Source of the DNA: Trichoplax sp. H2
Lineage: Eukaryota
Direction: 5' to 3'
DNA length: 64,000 nt
Assembly (NCBI GenBank): GCA_003344405.1
Contig: NOWV01000003.1
Span: forward strand, 1,178,001 to 1,242,000
The translations under genes were made by a program, and so were the position numbers. This document shows, piece by piece, positions 1 through 12,800 of the stretch. The notes beneath the pieces were generated by a model. That model did no database searches, was not told the origin of the DNA, and saw only the letters and a list, made by a program, of their open reading frames with translations. Positions within the stretch are counted from its first letter, which is position 1. The number at the start of each line of letters is the position of its first letter.

Positions 1-2705
1 GATAATAGCTGGTCATTATGTTATACCAGAAGTTACGTTATACTTTGATCATAAACTATATCGTGGTAATCGCGTTATTAAAGATAATAACCGCGAATTT
101 AATGCTTTTCAATCACCAAATTTTGCGCCTTTAGCCAATGTGGGAATAGATATAGAAGGTAAAATTCGCTTGATAGCTTTGAAATTATGCATGACATAAC
201 TTTACAACTTCCTAGTAGGCTACATAGATAGATACATTATAATTCAGAAAAATATTAATTTAAAAGTTGAATATGTACACATATCTACGATCTTTATTTG
301 CGAATCAAAAAATGCTTTGCTGTCACTTTTAAGTTTTTATTGTTAATAACTCTTTTTATAGTTCAATGGAGTTCTATTTTTCGTAGTGGAAAATTACAGA
401 AATTCCATATCTACACAAGTATGAGCTCAAACGTTGGTATTCTGAGATTATTTCCTGGTATTACTGCAGAAACTGTAAGCTGTAGCTGTATCATGTACAG
501 CCCCATATATGAGAAATTAATATGAAAATTAAACTTCCTTAAATGCCTGTAAGAAACATTTCTCCTTACGCTGTAGATACGGACGTTTCTATTACCACCG
601 ATGGAAGGCGTTATATTGCTTTCTTATGGATCTGGAAATGCTCCTAGTAGATTCCCCAACATAATCAATGAATTTCGAAAGGCATGCGATCGTGGTGTGC
701 TTATTCTGAATATCAGTCAATGTTGCAGAGGGTTTGTCGATGATTCATACATGGTAGGGAAGGTATGGCATATATTTGTGACTTAAGTACTACAGTATTG
801 ACGAAAATCGTATATGGTGTACTCTATCGTAAAGGAAGGTTATTTCTTAAAAGCTGAAATTTTTCATGCGATGATAGATCTTGACTAATGTTGGAATAAT
901 TCCTGGCGCTGACATGACACCTGAGGCTGCACTAACAAAAATGAGCTATTTACTAGGAAGAGATGATCTTGACCTAGCAACGAAACGTCGCGTACATTCT
1001 AAGTTTTCAAAAAGCTTTTACAACAAGTATAGGATATCAATAACTTCATGAATAATTTTAGATATGCGTTTTACTAGATGCTCAAAGAGAATTTACGCGG
1101 AGAATTAACAGTGCGTCTGTCTTGGAAAGAAAGTGAATTTATTAACAGCGTCGCACAAGCTTTGAAAGCAACATCTATAAAAGAAATCGATACCATTCAG
1201 TCAATGTTATTTCCGGTATTACTATGTTCTGCAGCCGCAGTTGGTAATGTCTCCTCTCTTAAAACGTTAACAGAACAGGTACTCGTTCACCCATGCAGTA
1301 ATAATGAGCGTACAACACAATTGCACACTTTTATTATAACTATTGCGGGGCTAAATAAAGTTCTGCTATATATAAATTATATAGATAATATCGCTTCGGC
1401 TATCAAGGCTATGTTCATCATTTTGGTGCGAAATATATGTCCGTAATAACATAGTACATTATATTTTAATATCAAGGGTGCTAATGTAAACAGTTGTGAT
1501 TACGATGGGCGTACCCCGCTACATTTAGCATCTTATGAAGGACATATCGAAGCTGTTAGATTTCTGCTCGAAAAAGGAGCTTCTGTATTTTCAAGGGATC
1601 GATTACACAGAACGCCTTATATCGATGCTTTATTGAATAGGTGCAGTAAATTCTATTCAATTTTGTTTATTTTACTTTAATTAGGTTTATTACGTTACCT
1701 CGTGATGCTGTATAATTCAAGGATATTTACATATATGTATATATTTTTAGTTAATTGCAATATTTCGTACATAGTATGCGTTTTATAATTTCGACAACTG
1801 TTTAAGATATTACTGAGGCTTAAAATTTAAAATATTTTCTAATCTAACTTAGCCAAGCAGAGGTTGTAAAAATTCTTAAGATTAGTGGAGCTCATCTGCA
1901 TATCGGCGGAGAAGAAATAACTTTTTACCTAAATAAGTAGGTTTCGGCTTAAATATTAAGTGTATACACGAGAATTTAATTGTAATATTGGTTAGAGTTA
2001 ATAATATTGTCTACTGTATCACCACATTTTAAAATTTATCGGCGTATAAGTTATACATAATGATCTACTCGATCGATATCAGAATTATTTTGTATTTTTA
2101 TAAAATTTAACTGCAAACAATTGATGGTCCTTTGGAAGAAACTATATTTACTGTATTCATTGCATCTATTCTATTGTTTGAATATAGCCTTATCGAAGAG
2201 AATAACGTCAAGTCACTAAAATTGTGGGAAGAAGCTGGAGTCGATTTAAACTTGAAGGGTTCTGATTTTAGAACTCCTTTGCACACAGTATGTCACTTCT
2301 TAGATTGATTGGATGAATGCTTGTAATTTGAATCATGCTCGCCAAATTGTATGAAATTAGACTGACTTCTGATCCTTTTAACATTAATGGTAAACAGTAT
2401 ACTTACTTTTATTATTAAGTCTCATGTGTAGATTTCTAACTGTAGGCTGTATGCTGTAACCGAATTGAAGTTGTTAAATATTTAATGGAGATAGGAGTGG
2501 ATCTACAGGTCAGCCTAAAATTAGTATTCAATCACTTCTTTACTATTAAGAATGTACTTTGGTTCTCGTGATCGCTGGCTTTATTACCATCATTTTTGTC
2601 TACTTTCGTTTTAAAAAGGCGAAGGATATCTTTGGTAAAACTGCTATGGATTACGCAATAGCATTGAGCCGAACTAACATCATACAAGTTATGAACTATC
2701 CTTAA
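1..2705 (+). CDS. ASPG: L-asparaginase / 60 kDa lysophospholipase with C-terminal ankyrin repeats (5'-truncated by window edge; 10 exons visible)
   Basis: Exons joined in frame via GT-AG: <1-158, 362-474, 577-762, 878-991, 1078-1278, 1477-1640, 1853-1936, 2188-2287, 2446-2508, 2619-2705 (TAA). Type I asparaginase motifs IPEVTLYFDHKLYRGNR, AFQSPNFAPLA, LRLFPGI, GVILLSYGSGNAP, GADMTPEAALTKMSYLLG, NLRGEL. Ankyrin repeats GANVNSCDYDGRTPLHLASYEGH, GVDLNLKGSDFRTPLHTA, KDIFGKTAMDYA. Confidence 0.95.
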
Positions 2706-4179
2706 CTATTTACAAGATCAGAACAGCGTAAATGCAGTTATAGCTCGGACCAGTTAAATGAAGAAAAGGAATGAAATTTGCGGAATAATATACGAGTACA
2801 ATTAAGCTTTGGTTAAATAAGCCATTACTATTGGATTCTGGCAGCAATTTCTACTTTTTAATTGATTAAGACTTTATCTTGAAGCCAATATAGGCAGAGT
2901 TCACACTGATTTACTATAGGTATAGGAGCGATCTTGTAATCCAGCTAAATATATCAGTGTCAAATCTTTATTAATAATGTATATTTGGTGCCTATAAATG
3001 TTCACACATTACATCAATCATACAGGTTATCGAAAATTGTTTTGGAGTTGAGTCTATTTATTTTGCTTGGGGTTTTTGAGCAATCATTTTAAGATAGTAA
3101 AGGATCATTCCTTCAGTACTAAGAGTTGATGTTGTGTTGTGAATGTTATGCACATCAAATAAAATCAACGATAAGCCAAAGTCAAGCAGTTCGTGACTTC
3201 GTGTACAGTAACGGTAATCTAATAAATTAGACAGAGCATTTGATACTATATTATTATCTAGAGACAATTGAACTTATATTTTGGACTCTTCTAGAGTCTA
3301 TCTTTACTGAAAGGTAATGATTTCCATAAATTTATAGCAGTTACGCTTCAGAATAATGAATTATAATTTTACAATGATTGTTTTCATCTGTTAACTATAG
3401 ATTGTAAATACGTATTGTAATGGCTTACTGTACCGTACAACAAGCGCATTGACTCGGTGTCTTGGCTGAAAGAACAAATGTACAGTAGTTTGATGCACTA
3501 TACGTGTACGTACGTATGTACAGTACAGTACTGTATATTCGATAAAAATGATCGATAGTAGCTGCCTACTATACTTCAAAGTAGTCCCAACCCTATTTTA
3601 CATACGTACAGTATATTATATCGTATATCACAAACCAACCTTTTCACTTTTACTCAACAAAATACTGTATGTATGCTTATAAGGTCTCTCATTTTGATCG
3701 TTGCGGTGAATCTGCGATGTACTATATATAATGTGGTAGTATGCAACTTCAATTCCTTCACTAAAGCTAAGTAAAAAATCGAAAAGTCCCTGCTAAAGCC
3801 TACAGTACGTACGTATTTTGAATTCCAGTGGGGAATAGCGTGTCGTTAGTATCAATTATTACTAGAATAGCGCTCCTAGGTTCGATATTAAAGTTCTAAA
3901 AATTTTTGAAATTTCTATATGGTATCGGGTTTAAATAATAGTCATTATTGTGCCATATGTTGTGTTGTACAATATCCAAGAAAGAAAAACCATTCCGTCT
4001 GTGTACTGTATGGTTCTGCTCAATAAGCTCTATTATTATACTGTACAGTGTACAGTATTTACAATACTATATACTGTACGTACAGTAGAGCTTGATGTTG
4101 CGTTCATCTGCGTACTGTACCATGTCTATGAATGAGGTCATCTGATTCCGATGCTATACACTGCACAGTGTAGAGTATG

Positions 4180-5465
4180 TACAGTACTGTACTGTACACT
4201 GTACGTACAGTGCTCCATTTATTTATTTATTTATTTACTGTATTTATTTACGGCATTTCCCTATTATGCTCTCCCTGTGTACAGTACTGTACTGTACTGT
4301 ACAGTGTACAGTACCGTACTGAAAGTAAAAGTCGCTTAAAAAAACGTTACTGAGAATGGCAGTGTACTTTTGTGTAAACTGCCATATTTCATACTATTAT
4401 TTTACGGAAACCCCAGATCTGCCTGAAATTTGAGAACAACAGTACACTACTAAGTGACAGGTTAGAGAAATGTCAGTGTATTTCTAGTGAAAGGAAAGAT
4501 GCAAGTGAAAATTGGAACAAAATCCAGTTAATTAAATGATAGGTTAGTACAATTGAAGAAAGAAGTGAAACTAACAAAGGGTAAGCTATTGTGTATAATT
4601 TAAAATGTAGTACAGTACATAGTGTACTGTACTCTAGTTTGATTTGAAACAATTCACTAGTTTCGCTATTGCATACTAGTCTAAAGTCGAAGCGATTCAT
4701 GAATTGAATACTTCTCATCGGTGCGTATTTCAACAAGACTAGTGCAAACTCCCGTCGCTTTGCTGACGGTTTATTTAGTCATATCACGGGATATGATATA
4801 ATAGCGATGAAATGTATTTTACAGTACAGTACAGTACAGTATATCGTATTCGGAAAGCACACAAGCTGTAACTGTAGAACTTGGTTATAGCCTACGGGAG
4901 TAAGTACGGTACTGTTGACTACTAAATAGTCGAAGCTGCGGGGGTATTGAGTATCCTAGTAGTCCAAGTCGAGAATACTCAGAGTACAGTACTACAGTGG
5001 TAGGGTACTGTATGTGCCGTCTACAGTACAGTATACTGTACACTGTACAGTACAGTACTGTACATCTTTCGCTTTTATTTTGTGTACAGTAGAGAAAGAA
5101 AGAACGTTTAGTGTGCAATACAGTACTGTACAGCTCTGTTAAATCAATTATTGTAAGCTACTGTAGTGTACTGTAGCGTGTACTGTTTCCTACTGTAGAG
5201 AACTCTCCAGCCTTGGTGGAAGTGCTGTACTGTGTACAGTACGCACAGTCAACTGATAACTAGGCAAGACTGGGTATTTGATCATCAGAAGAAAGTGAAA
5301 CTCATTAACCACACCGGTCTTTAGACGAATTAGTATGCGGCAGACTTTACAATAGAGTAGTCGCTACACTATAGGTACATCCAATAACCATTGAACTAAT
5401 GCAGCTAACGGACAGATTCATGAATCATTTTTCGAACAAGTAGTATTGGAACTGTCTACTAAACG
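4180..5465 (+). repeat. Copy 1 of a ~1.3-kb direct duplication (with 5486-6779)
   Basis: Starts tacagtactgtactgtacactgtac...tgctccatttatttattt and ends ttggaactgtctactaaacg right at the N gap. The same sequence recurs at 5486-6779 with scattered SNPs and indels. Confidence 0.95.
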
Positions 5466-5485
5466 NNNNNNNNNNNNNNNNNNNN
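5466..5485. other. Assembly gap (20 N)
   Basis: Run of 20 n characters exactly between the two duplicate copies. Confidence 1.
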
Positions 5486-6779
5486 TACAGTACTGTACTG
5501 TACACTGTACTGTACAGTGCTCCATTTATTTATTTATTTATTTACTGTATTTATTTACGGCATTTCCCTATTATGCTCTTCCTGTGTACAGTACTGTACT
5601 GTACTGTACAGTGTACAGTACCGTACTGAAAGTAAAAGTCGCTTAAAACGTTACTGAGAATGGCAGTGTACTTTTGTGTAAACTGCCATATTTCAAACTA
5701 TTATTTTGCGGAAACCCCAGATCTGCCTGAAATTTGAGAACAACAGTACGCTACTAAGTGACAGGTTAGAGAAATGTCAGTGTATTTCTAGTGAAAGGAA
5801 AGATGCAAGTGAAAATTGGAACAAAATCCAGTTAATTAAATGATAGGATAGTACAATTGAAGAAAGAAGTGAAACTAACAAAGGGTAAGCTATTGTGTAT
5901 AATTTAAAATGTAGTACAGTACTGTACATAGTGTACTGTACTCTAGTTTGATTTGAAACAATTCACTAGTTTCGCTATTGCATACTAGTCTAAAGTCGAA
6001 GCGATTCATGAATTGAATACTTCTCATCGGTGCGTATTTCAACAAGATATCAACGATAAAAAATGAAATGTACTGTATAGAACTAGAAAATTTTAGGATA
6101 AGTCGAGTCCGTATAGTACTGTCTATTTAGTCATATCACGGGATATGATATAATAGCGATGAAATGTACAGTACAGTATATCGTATTCGGCAAGCACACA
6201 AGCTGTACTGTAGAACTTGGTTACATCCTACGGGAGTAAGTACAGTACTGTACTGTACTGTTGACTACTAAATAGTCGAAGCTGCGGGGGTATTGAGTAT
6301 CCTAGTAGTCCAAGTCGAGAATACTCAGAGTACTACAGTGGTAGGATACTGTATGTACCGTCTATACAGTACAGTACATCTTTCGCTTTTATTTTGTGTA
6401 CAGTAGAGAAAGAAAGAACGTTTAGTGTGTAATACAGCTCTGTTAAATCAATTATTGTAAGGTACTGTAGTGTACTGTAGCGTGTACTGTTTCCTACTGT
6501 AGAGAACTCTCTAGCCTTGGTGGAAGTGCTGTACTGTGTACAGTACAGTACAGTACGCACAGTCAACCGATAACTAGGCAAGACCGGGTATTTGATCATC
6601 AGAAGAAAGTGAAACTCATTAACCACACCGATCTTTAGACGAATTAGTATGCGGCAGACTTTACAATAGAATACTCGCTATACTATAGGTACATCCAATA
6701 ACCATTGAACTAATGCAGCTAACGGACAGATTCATGAATCATTTTTCGAACAAGTAGTATTGGAACTGTCTACTAAACG
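5486..6779 (+). repeat. Copy 2 of the ~1.3-kb direct duplication; immediately upstream of the PKD start codon
   Basis: Colinear with 4180-5465; ends tggaactgtctactaaacg and continues into unique sequence leading to ATG 6893. Confidence 0.95.
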
Positions 6780-6892
6780 CAGTACATTCAAAAAACTATA
6801 AGAAATACGCCGTTGAAGAGAGTAAAAGCATATCGTTTAAAATCGATAGGGAACGCTGGACAGGCTAGCGTCATTTTTAATCTAAATTAAAA

Positions 6893-9800
6893 ATGGCTAA
6901 CAAGAATGAAGAAGAGTATGGGCTTACAACAGTATTGTTCCATTTTGGCTTTATCCGTCAAAAGAAAGTATTGGATGGAATCCAATACGTTAAATTACTG
7001 GACATGGCTTGTGAATTATTAAATGAAAAGGTGAGATTTTAGACACAAATATATCCATGCTTATGATAGCATCAGTATCCTCTATAAACATATACCAGCG
7101 TATACCGTACAGTACTGTACAGCACTTGTGTAGATGTGCAGGCTAGAAACTGCTGAAAATGGACCATGATGAGATATCGATTTCACTGACAGGATATCAT
7201 TGAACTTAACTTAAAGTAATTAACTTTTAGTACATCACAGTAAGGAATTGAATCATGACTGAGCTGATCTCAATAGCAATCGTATAGTAGCCAAAAAATT
7301 GCATTATGCCGTACTAGTTAGAAGTTATACAGCACGTAAAGAGCAGTCTTTGTAGTCGTACGTATGTGCTATCATGATGCTATATCCGCTGAGCACTGTA
7401 AAGAAAGATTTAAAGTTTAGGTTGAAGTATAGAGAAACAACAGCTTGGGTTAAAATGAAATTCGAAGATATTGCTTGTAACTCTAAATGCCTGAACTTGG
7501 AAGATACTATACGTATTTAGTATGTGTGCGATAGTTTATTGTAAATAGATATCACTCCATAACAGAGAAAAAATGAAGACCTACTCTACTGTAATGTTAA
7601 CCATTCTCTTTTCTTAATCTGCTAGGCCGAAGTTTAGTTTACAAAATATTTTAATTTATTTATGGTTGCAGTATTGTATTGGGAACTACTTGAAACTGTT
7701 GATAACTAATCCCTAACTAGAGTCTATCGACTGGATGTACGGTTCAGTAATGTGAGCAGTAGTCCTAGGAAATCCACATCGTGCCATACACTCAGGGTGA
7801 AAGTCATAGCTGAAATTCGGCGTACCCCCAAGCGACATACACTACGTAAAACAGTACTCGTTTGCAACTCCGTTATAATAATACTGCACTGGAGTTGATT
7901 GTGCCGTGAAAGTGGCCCATGACTGTACTATATCAAAAATAAATAAATAATAAAGCGCTACAGCAATAGCAGTACTATCGTGCTAGCGATATATTACATA
8001 TGATCCGCCGTAGGACCTAAAGTTTTAGGAACTTTGTGTGTTAGATCAAGAATCGAATGGATCCTTTGTGCTGTACTGTATTTTGGGCAAAGTTCGGTTC
8101 GTCGTCTATGCGTACTTTGAACTTCAGCTCCTTTCGTAAACCTCAAGATAACTGATAACTCTGAAATACAGACACCATACAGTACTGTACGTACACGTAA
8201 TACCATGGTAATACCCATTGTTAATTTAAAAGATATTTCAGGCATTTATTTACAGTTAACTTCGTATGGATAAAAGAAAAAATTCTAGTTAACTCGAGTT
8301 CACACATACTGGAAATATAGTTTGACGTCAAATACTTTAATGTCTAAGTACAGTCTCGTTATGTGTGTGAAATTCTCTGATTGTAGTCCTACCGTAGTGG
8401 TAGTGGCTAAATTCACCTTTTGCCTGCATCAAAAGGGAGAAAATTTTTGTAAGAATTTTTTATTATTATTATTATTATTATTAGTTTATTGTAATGTACC
8501 TTACTGTACACTACAGTCGTACAGTAAGGTATGGTTTAAACGACAATACCGTACAGTACTGTACTGTCAGAGTATGGGCCACGATAGATATTTTACAGTC
8601 AAGTTTAAAAAAAGACTTTTTTTGCTCTTGTACAGTACAGTACAGTACCAGATCGGGAACTTCTGCTACACTAGTACAGTACAACTGTGCACTGTGCATT
8701 GTGCAATACAGTACTACCGCTGCAGTCCAAAAAAGTTCAGAAATAATAATCAATTAATTATTAATACTACTGTACTGTACTGGACTAGCTACTAAACTTT
8801 GTAAAAATCCTTTTCTAATATAAGATGTACGAAACACCAGATACAAGTAAAACATGAAGGAGGGAAAACGCTGAAGCATACTGCACATTCATTTTTTTCG
8901 AGCATCGCTTTTATTTCTGATAGTTGAATCCAGTACAAATGATTGTTCCCTTGGGCCTTCATTATAGATAGCATGCACTGTAGCACTTTGCTGTACGCAA
9001 TACCATACTGTACAGTGTACTAGTACAGCACAGTATTTCCTGGACGTTGACTTCGTTCAAGGAAAGAATGACGAACAAGAACGTTGAATAAAATATAATT
9101 TTTGCGATAGTTCGTAAATAATTGAAAGGAGGCAATAATTTACGATGACTAGTCTAACGATAAATTGAATGCTTAGTAGCTAGAATGAATGATATTTTCT
9201 ATTCAATCTCTGTGATAACAGTTCAGTCGACGGTATCACGTAAGTACGCACTTTACTAATTTTTCTGATTTGTAAGATGTACGAGAGAGAAGAACAGTAA
9301 TCAGTACTGTACTGTATGTAAAGAGTCGATAGTATCATTATGCCCTTTTAAAAGTATGAATTTCTATGACATTCAGTGCCGAAATACCACATAGTATACA
9401 ACATTGTAGCCTAAAACAGAAGAACAAGAGTAGCTTCCATGGCTATTTGTACTGTCGTACCGTTAGTCCGTTATTCAGGCCTTTTCAGCCGGTAAAATTT
9501 TAAGTGAGTACTTATTCACTTGTAAATTCACTTCAACGTGTATGCATACTAATCAGGTTGGTTAGTATTTGCAATTAAATGATAAAAAGTGAATTGATTT
9601 CAATTTTTACGATAGCAAGTGCAACTTGATCTAAGAACTACAGAACTTCTATCCAATAATAAAATTTGTCACAATTTCAGCGATATTAACATTAACATTA
9701 CAAACTATTCGTTTGTAGCTGACTATTTTAGCATATTACTCTAATGCATCTACGGAAAGTCGGCGCTAATATTAATAAGTATAGCAGTACATTATTTCCA

Positions 9801-12800
9801 TATATGTTTCCATACCATGAGGAAGGAAGTTAATACAATATAGTAATTTCATACAATTATACTATTGGGATTACGAGAAAAACTGAGGATCTCTTTGACA
9901 TCAATAGCTAGTTTATGAATGCACTGTGCATTGTGAGTACTTTACAGTTTGTACACTACTTCATACATTACTGCGTGTACTTTCTTATTCAGCACTTGAT
10001 TTTAACTCCATGTTCGAACATTCAGCTTAAATCCTTATATTTATCCTATTTTGGGTTACACTTTACTCTAGCATACTGTAATATTAACTGCTACTTTAAA
10101 ATAAGTAAACAAAAATAATCCGAAAAATGTACATTTTGCTCCAAGTGTAATAATGGCACTTCAAAAAAGGTGTATTCGAGTGGAACATATACTTGACGGC
10201 AATCTAATAACACTGATATAATAATCCGGAAGATGTAAAGAAATCCCTCACACTACGATGCCTTGTTGTTAGTTTACTGAATAATCATTACTACGTATAA
10301 CTTTTACTATGGATGTTTTTATCTATAAAATGGACTATTGTTTATTACAGTTAGTGATAGATAATTTTACTTTAGCATCTGAACGAACAAACAGATGCTA
10401 TACAATTTTATGCGCCTCCCGGAATTTCATGCACGCACATCGGCCCTCTACTCTTCTGCTGTAATATATTGATTTCTCTGCTTCTCTTTGTATTGAAATA
10501 TTTATAATTCACTTGGAGAAACATAAATTACAATACAATGTACAAATGTATAAATCTTGATAATATAATTCAATGCGATAATTAGAATTTCCCCGGGTAT
10601 GTTATAATAATTCTATTCACTGGATTGACGAAAAATCCGACTAACTGCAATTATAAACCGAATTAAATCTATTACTATAAAATCCTAAAGTGTAGGGTAC
10701 TTGGGATACACAAGATATACCGCTGACAATGGTTCATAATTTGATCTACCCAATACACCAGTTTATATACTGTAGTACTCAAAGGGCAATATCAGAACAA
10801 ATTTCTTATCCATAATAAGGTTTGCTATATACTGTATTACTGGTGCACCGGCGGGTGATCTCAACATAATAATCATATTACATAAGCAGACGTTTTCAAC
10901 TTAGCAGAAGTTAGCACGTGCTCGCAATCCGATACTAAATAAGAATTAACCTTAATAAGAACGTATTGCACTAGCGCAGCACCACGTTGTTTACCATAAT
11001 TGATACAAGTTCCAAGTTTGATTTAAATTTCGCTAATTTTATAATATGAATATCTTTGTATAATTGGAAATGCGAAAATTTTTATTTACAGTGCTTCTAT
11101 CTCAGATTAGTTAAAATAGATTAAATGTAAATTATTGTGTTAATATTCTAAACTAAAATAAACAAATTCTCGGCATAGTACAGCTTTAGGCATTGCCCGA
11201 CAAGCTTTGTTAACGTAGAATTAACTCATAACATAGCATAAGGGTATAAGGTAGGCTATCTGCACTAGGAAAGATAGACACTAAACAAGATTTAAAGTAA
11301 CATAGTAAGCAATAATCGACCGAAGGCAGATCATTCATTAATCAAGTATTTGAGCATCATCATCCGTTTGTTCATAAAGCATTATATAAAATGTATTAAT
11401 TGGCCAATCGCTGATGGCTGGCCGCACGAACTAATGCCGTCTGAGCGAGTCGTAGACTTTTAGTAATGATGCATTTACTAGCATTATCAAATCACCCGAC
11501 TCACTATCAGTTACGGTAATCCTTATACACAGGAAGCATAGCGCCATAAATTGGGAATAAAATCAATCTAGTAAAACATTGATTACTGTTAATTTGAGTA
11601 GCAAAATATTTGAACGAATGAGCCTCCTCATATAGAAGTTTAAATGATTAATTATTCTATTACATATACTACGTCTAAATATGTAAGCGGTAGATACGAT
11701 GAACTGCACAAGTATGGTCCACTTCAGGCACAATATAATTTTATACGAAAGGTATTGCTTGTGTAGGAATGACTAGTATGAAATCAACTTCCTTTTGTAA
11801 CTGTTACAAAATTTACGGCTGGGCAATAATTGTAGCTTGGTTATCAGTTGCGTAAATCGCTATTTATGAGCACCAAGGTTAGCTTTATTTACTTGTTTAT
11901 TATGTGGACTATCTGTCCTAGCTTTCTTGTTGCATAACCAGCTTTATGAGACGTATTAAATCAAAAATTCGCTTTTATGTGACAGTAATGTACCTTTCAT
12001 ATCTATAAATCGGTTTTAATGTACTGTAAGCGAACTTAAAAATAGCGAAAGATTTTCTAGCATCGTCTTTATACAAATTTCGCTATTATCGTTCTCGGCG
12101 ATTAATTTGAATAACTTACCCCTAATTATGAATTATAATTAACATGCATGAATACGCAAATTACGATCGTTTGCGTTAATAAAAATTAAATTCATGGCCC
12201 GTTATATAGTTTAATTTAGTATTTTACATGGTAGATTGATTTTATTTAACAAAATATGCATCTGCAACTTACAAGGTACCGTATGATGCAACTGGCACAA
12301 AAGGTACCTAAATAAGTCATACTATTCATTCTTCAGGCATCAGATCGTTAATAATTTAATCTTCATACTGTCATACGCGCTATAACTTACTGTTGGAAGA
12401 ATATTCTGACGAGCTCCTTACACGTTCTATAATAATTTCGGACTGTGTCTAATATCTAATTATCTCAATTAACACGACCAACGATATTTGTTTTTATGCA
12501 CGTTTTTGCATGCATACAATTTCATGCATGAAGTACAACTGATCTACTGTAATGCCTTCTTCATAGTAACGGATTAAACATATGTTATATAGCAGATATT
12601 GCTAAATTACGTAGAGCTATTGGGATAATGCCTGTAAAATAAGCAACTGCATGATCACTCGTGCATAATTAGGTCTATAGTTGATAAATTTGATTTTAAT
12701 TTTAGCCTTATTAGAAAGTGAATATAAGTTACTATATCATCAAACGATGAGGGTGGGGCGTAAGATTTTCTTAAAGTAGGATGAATAATTTTACAAATCA

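Larger units (their letters stand above)
3426..9460. repeat. Island of dispersed TACAG/CTGTA pentamer micro-arrays in both orientations
   Basis: Many short arrays, e.g. 3519 tacagtacagtactgta, 4180 tacagtactgtactgtacactgtacgtacag, 4820 (tacag)4, 5022-5063, 6241 tacagtactgtactgtactg, 8551, 8631 (tacag)3, 9303. Only isolated copies are seen elsewhere in the window. Confidence 0.9.

Noticed and set aside
3391..8986. ORFs rich in YCTV/VLYC/YST (e.g. 8322-8795, 8494-8757, 6333-6626, 4151-4339)
   Set aside because: Translations of the stop-poor TACAG/CTGTA repeats, open on several frames and strands; no domain resemblance.
3426..9460. Interspersed palindromic repeats as a CRISPR-like array
   Set aside because: No constant 23-47 bp repeat with regular spacers, no cas genes, and a eukaryotic intron-containing context.
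12256..12303. [18 protein letters not shown] as the PKD first exon
   Set aside because: In phase but short with a weak donor; 6893-7030 matches the ULD far better.
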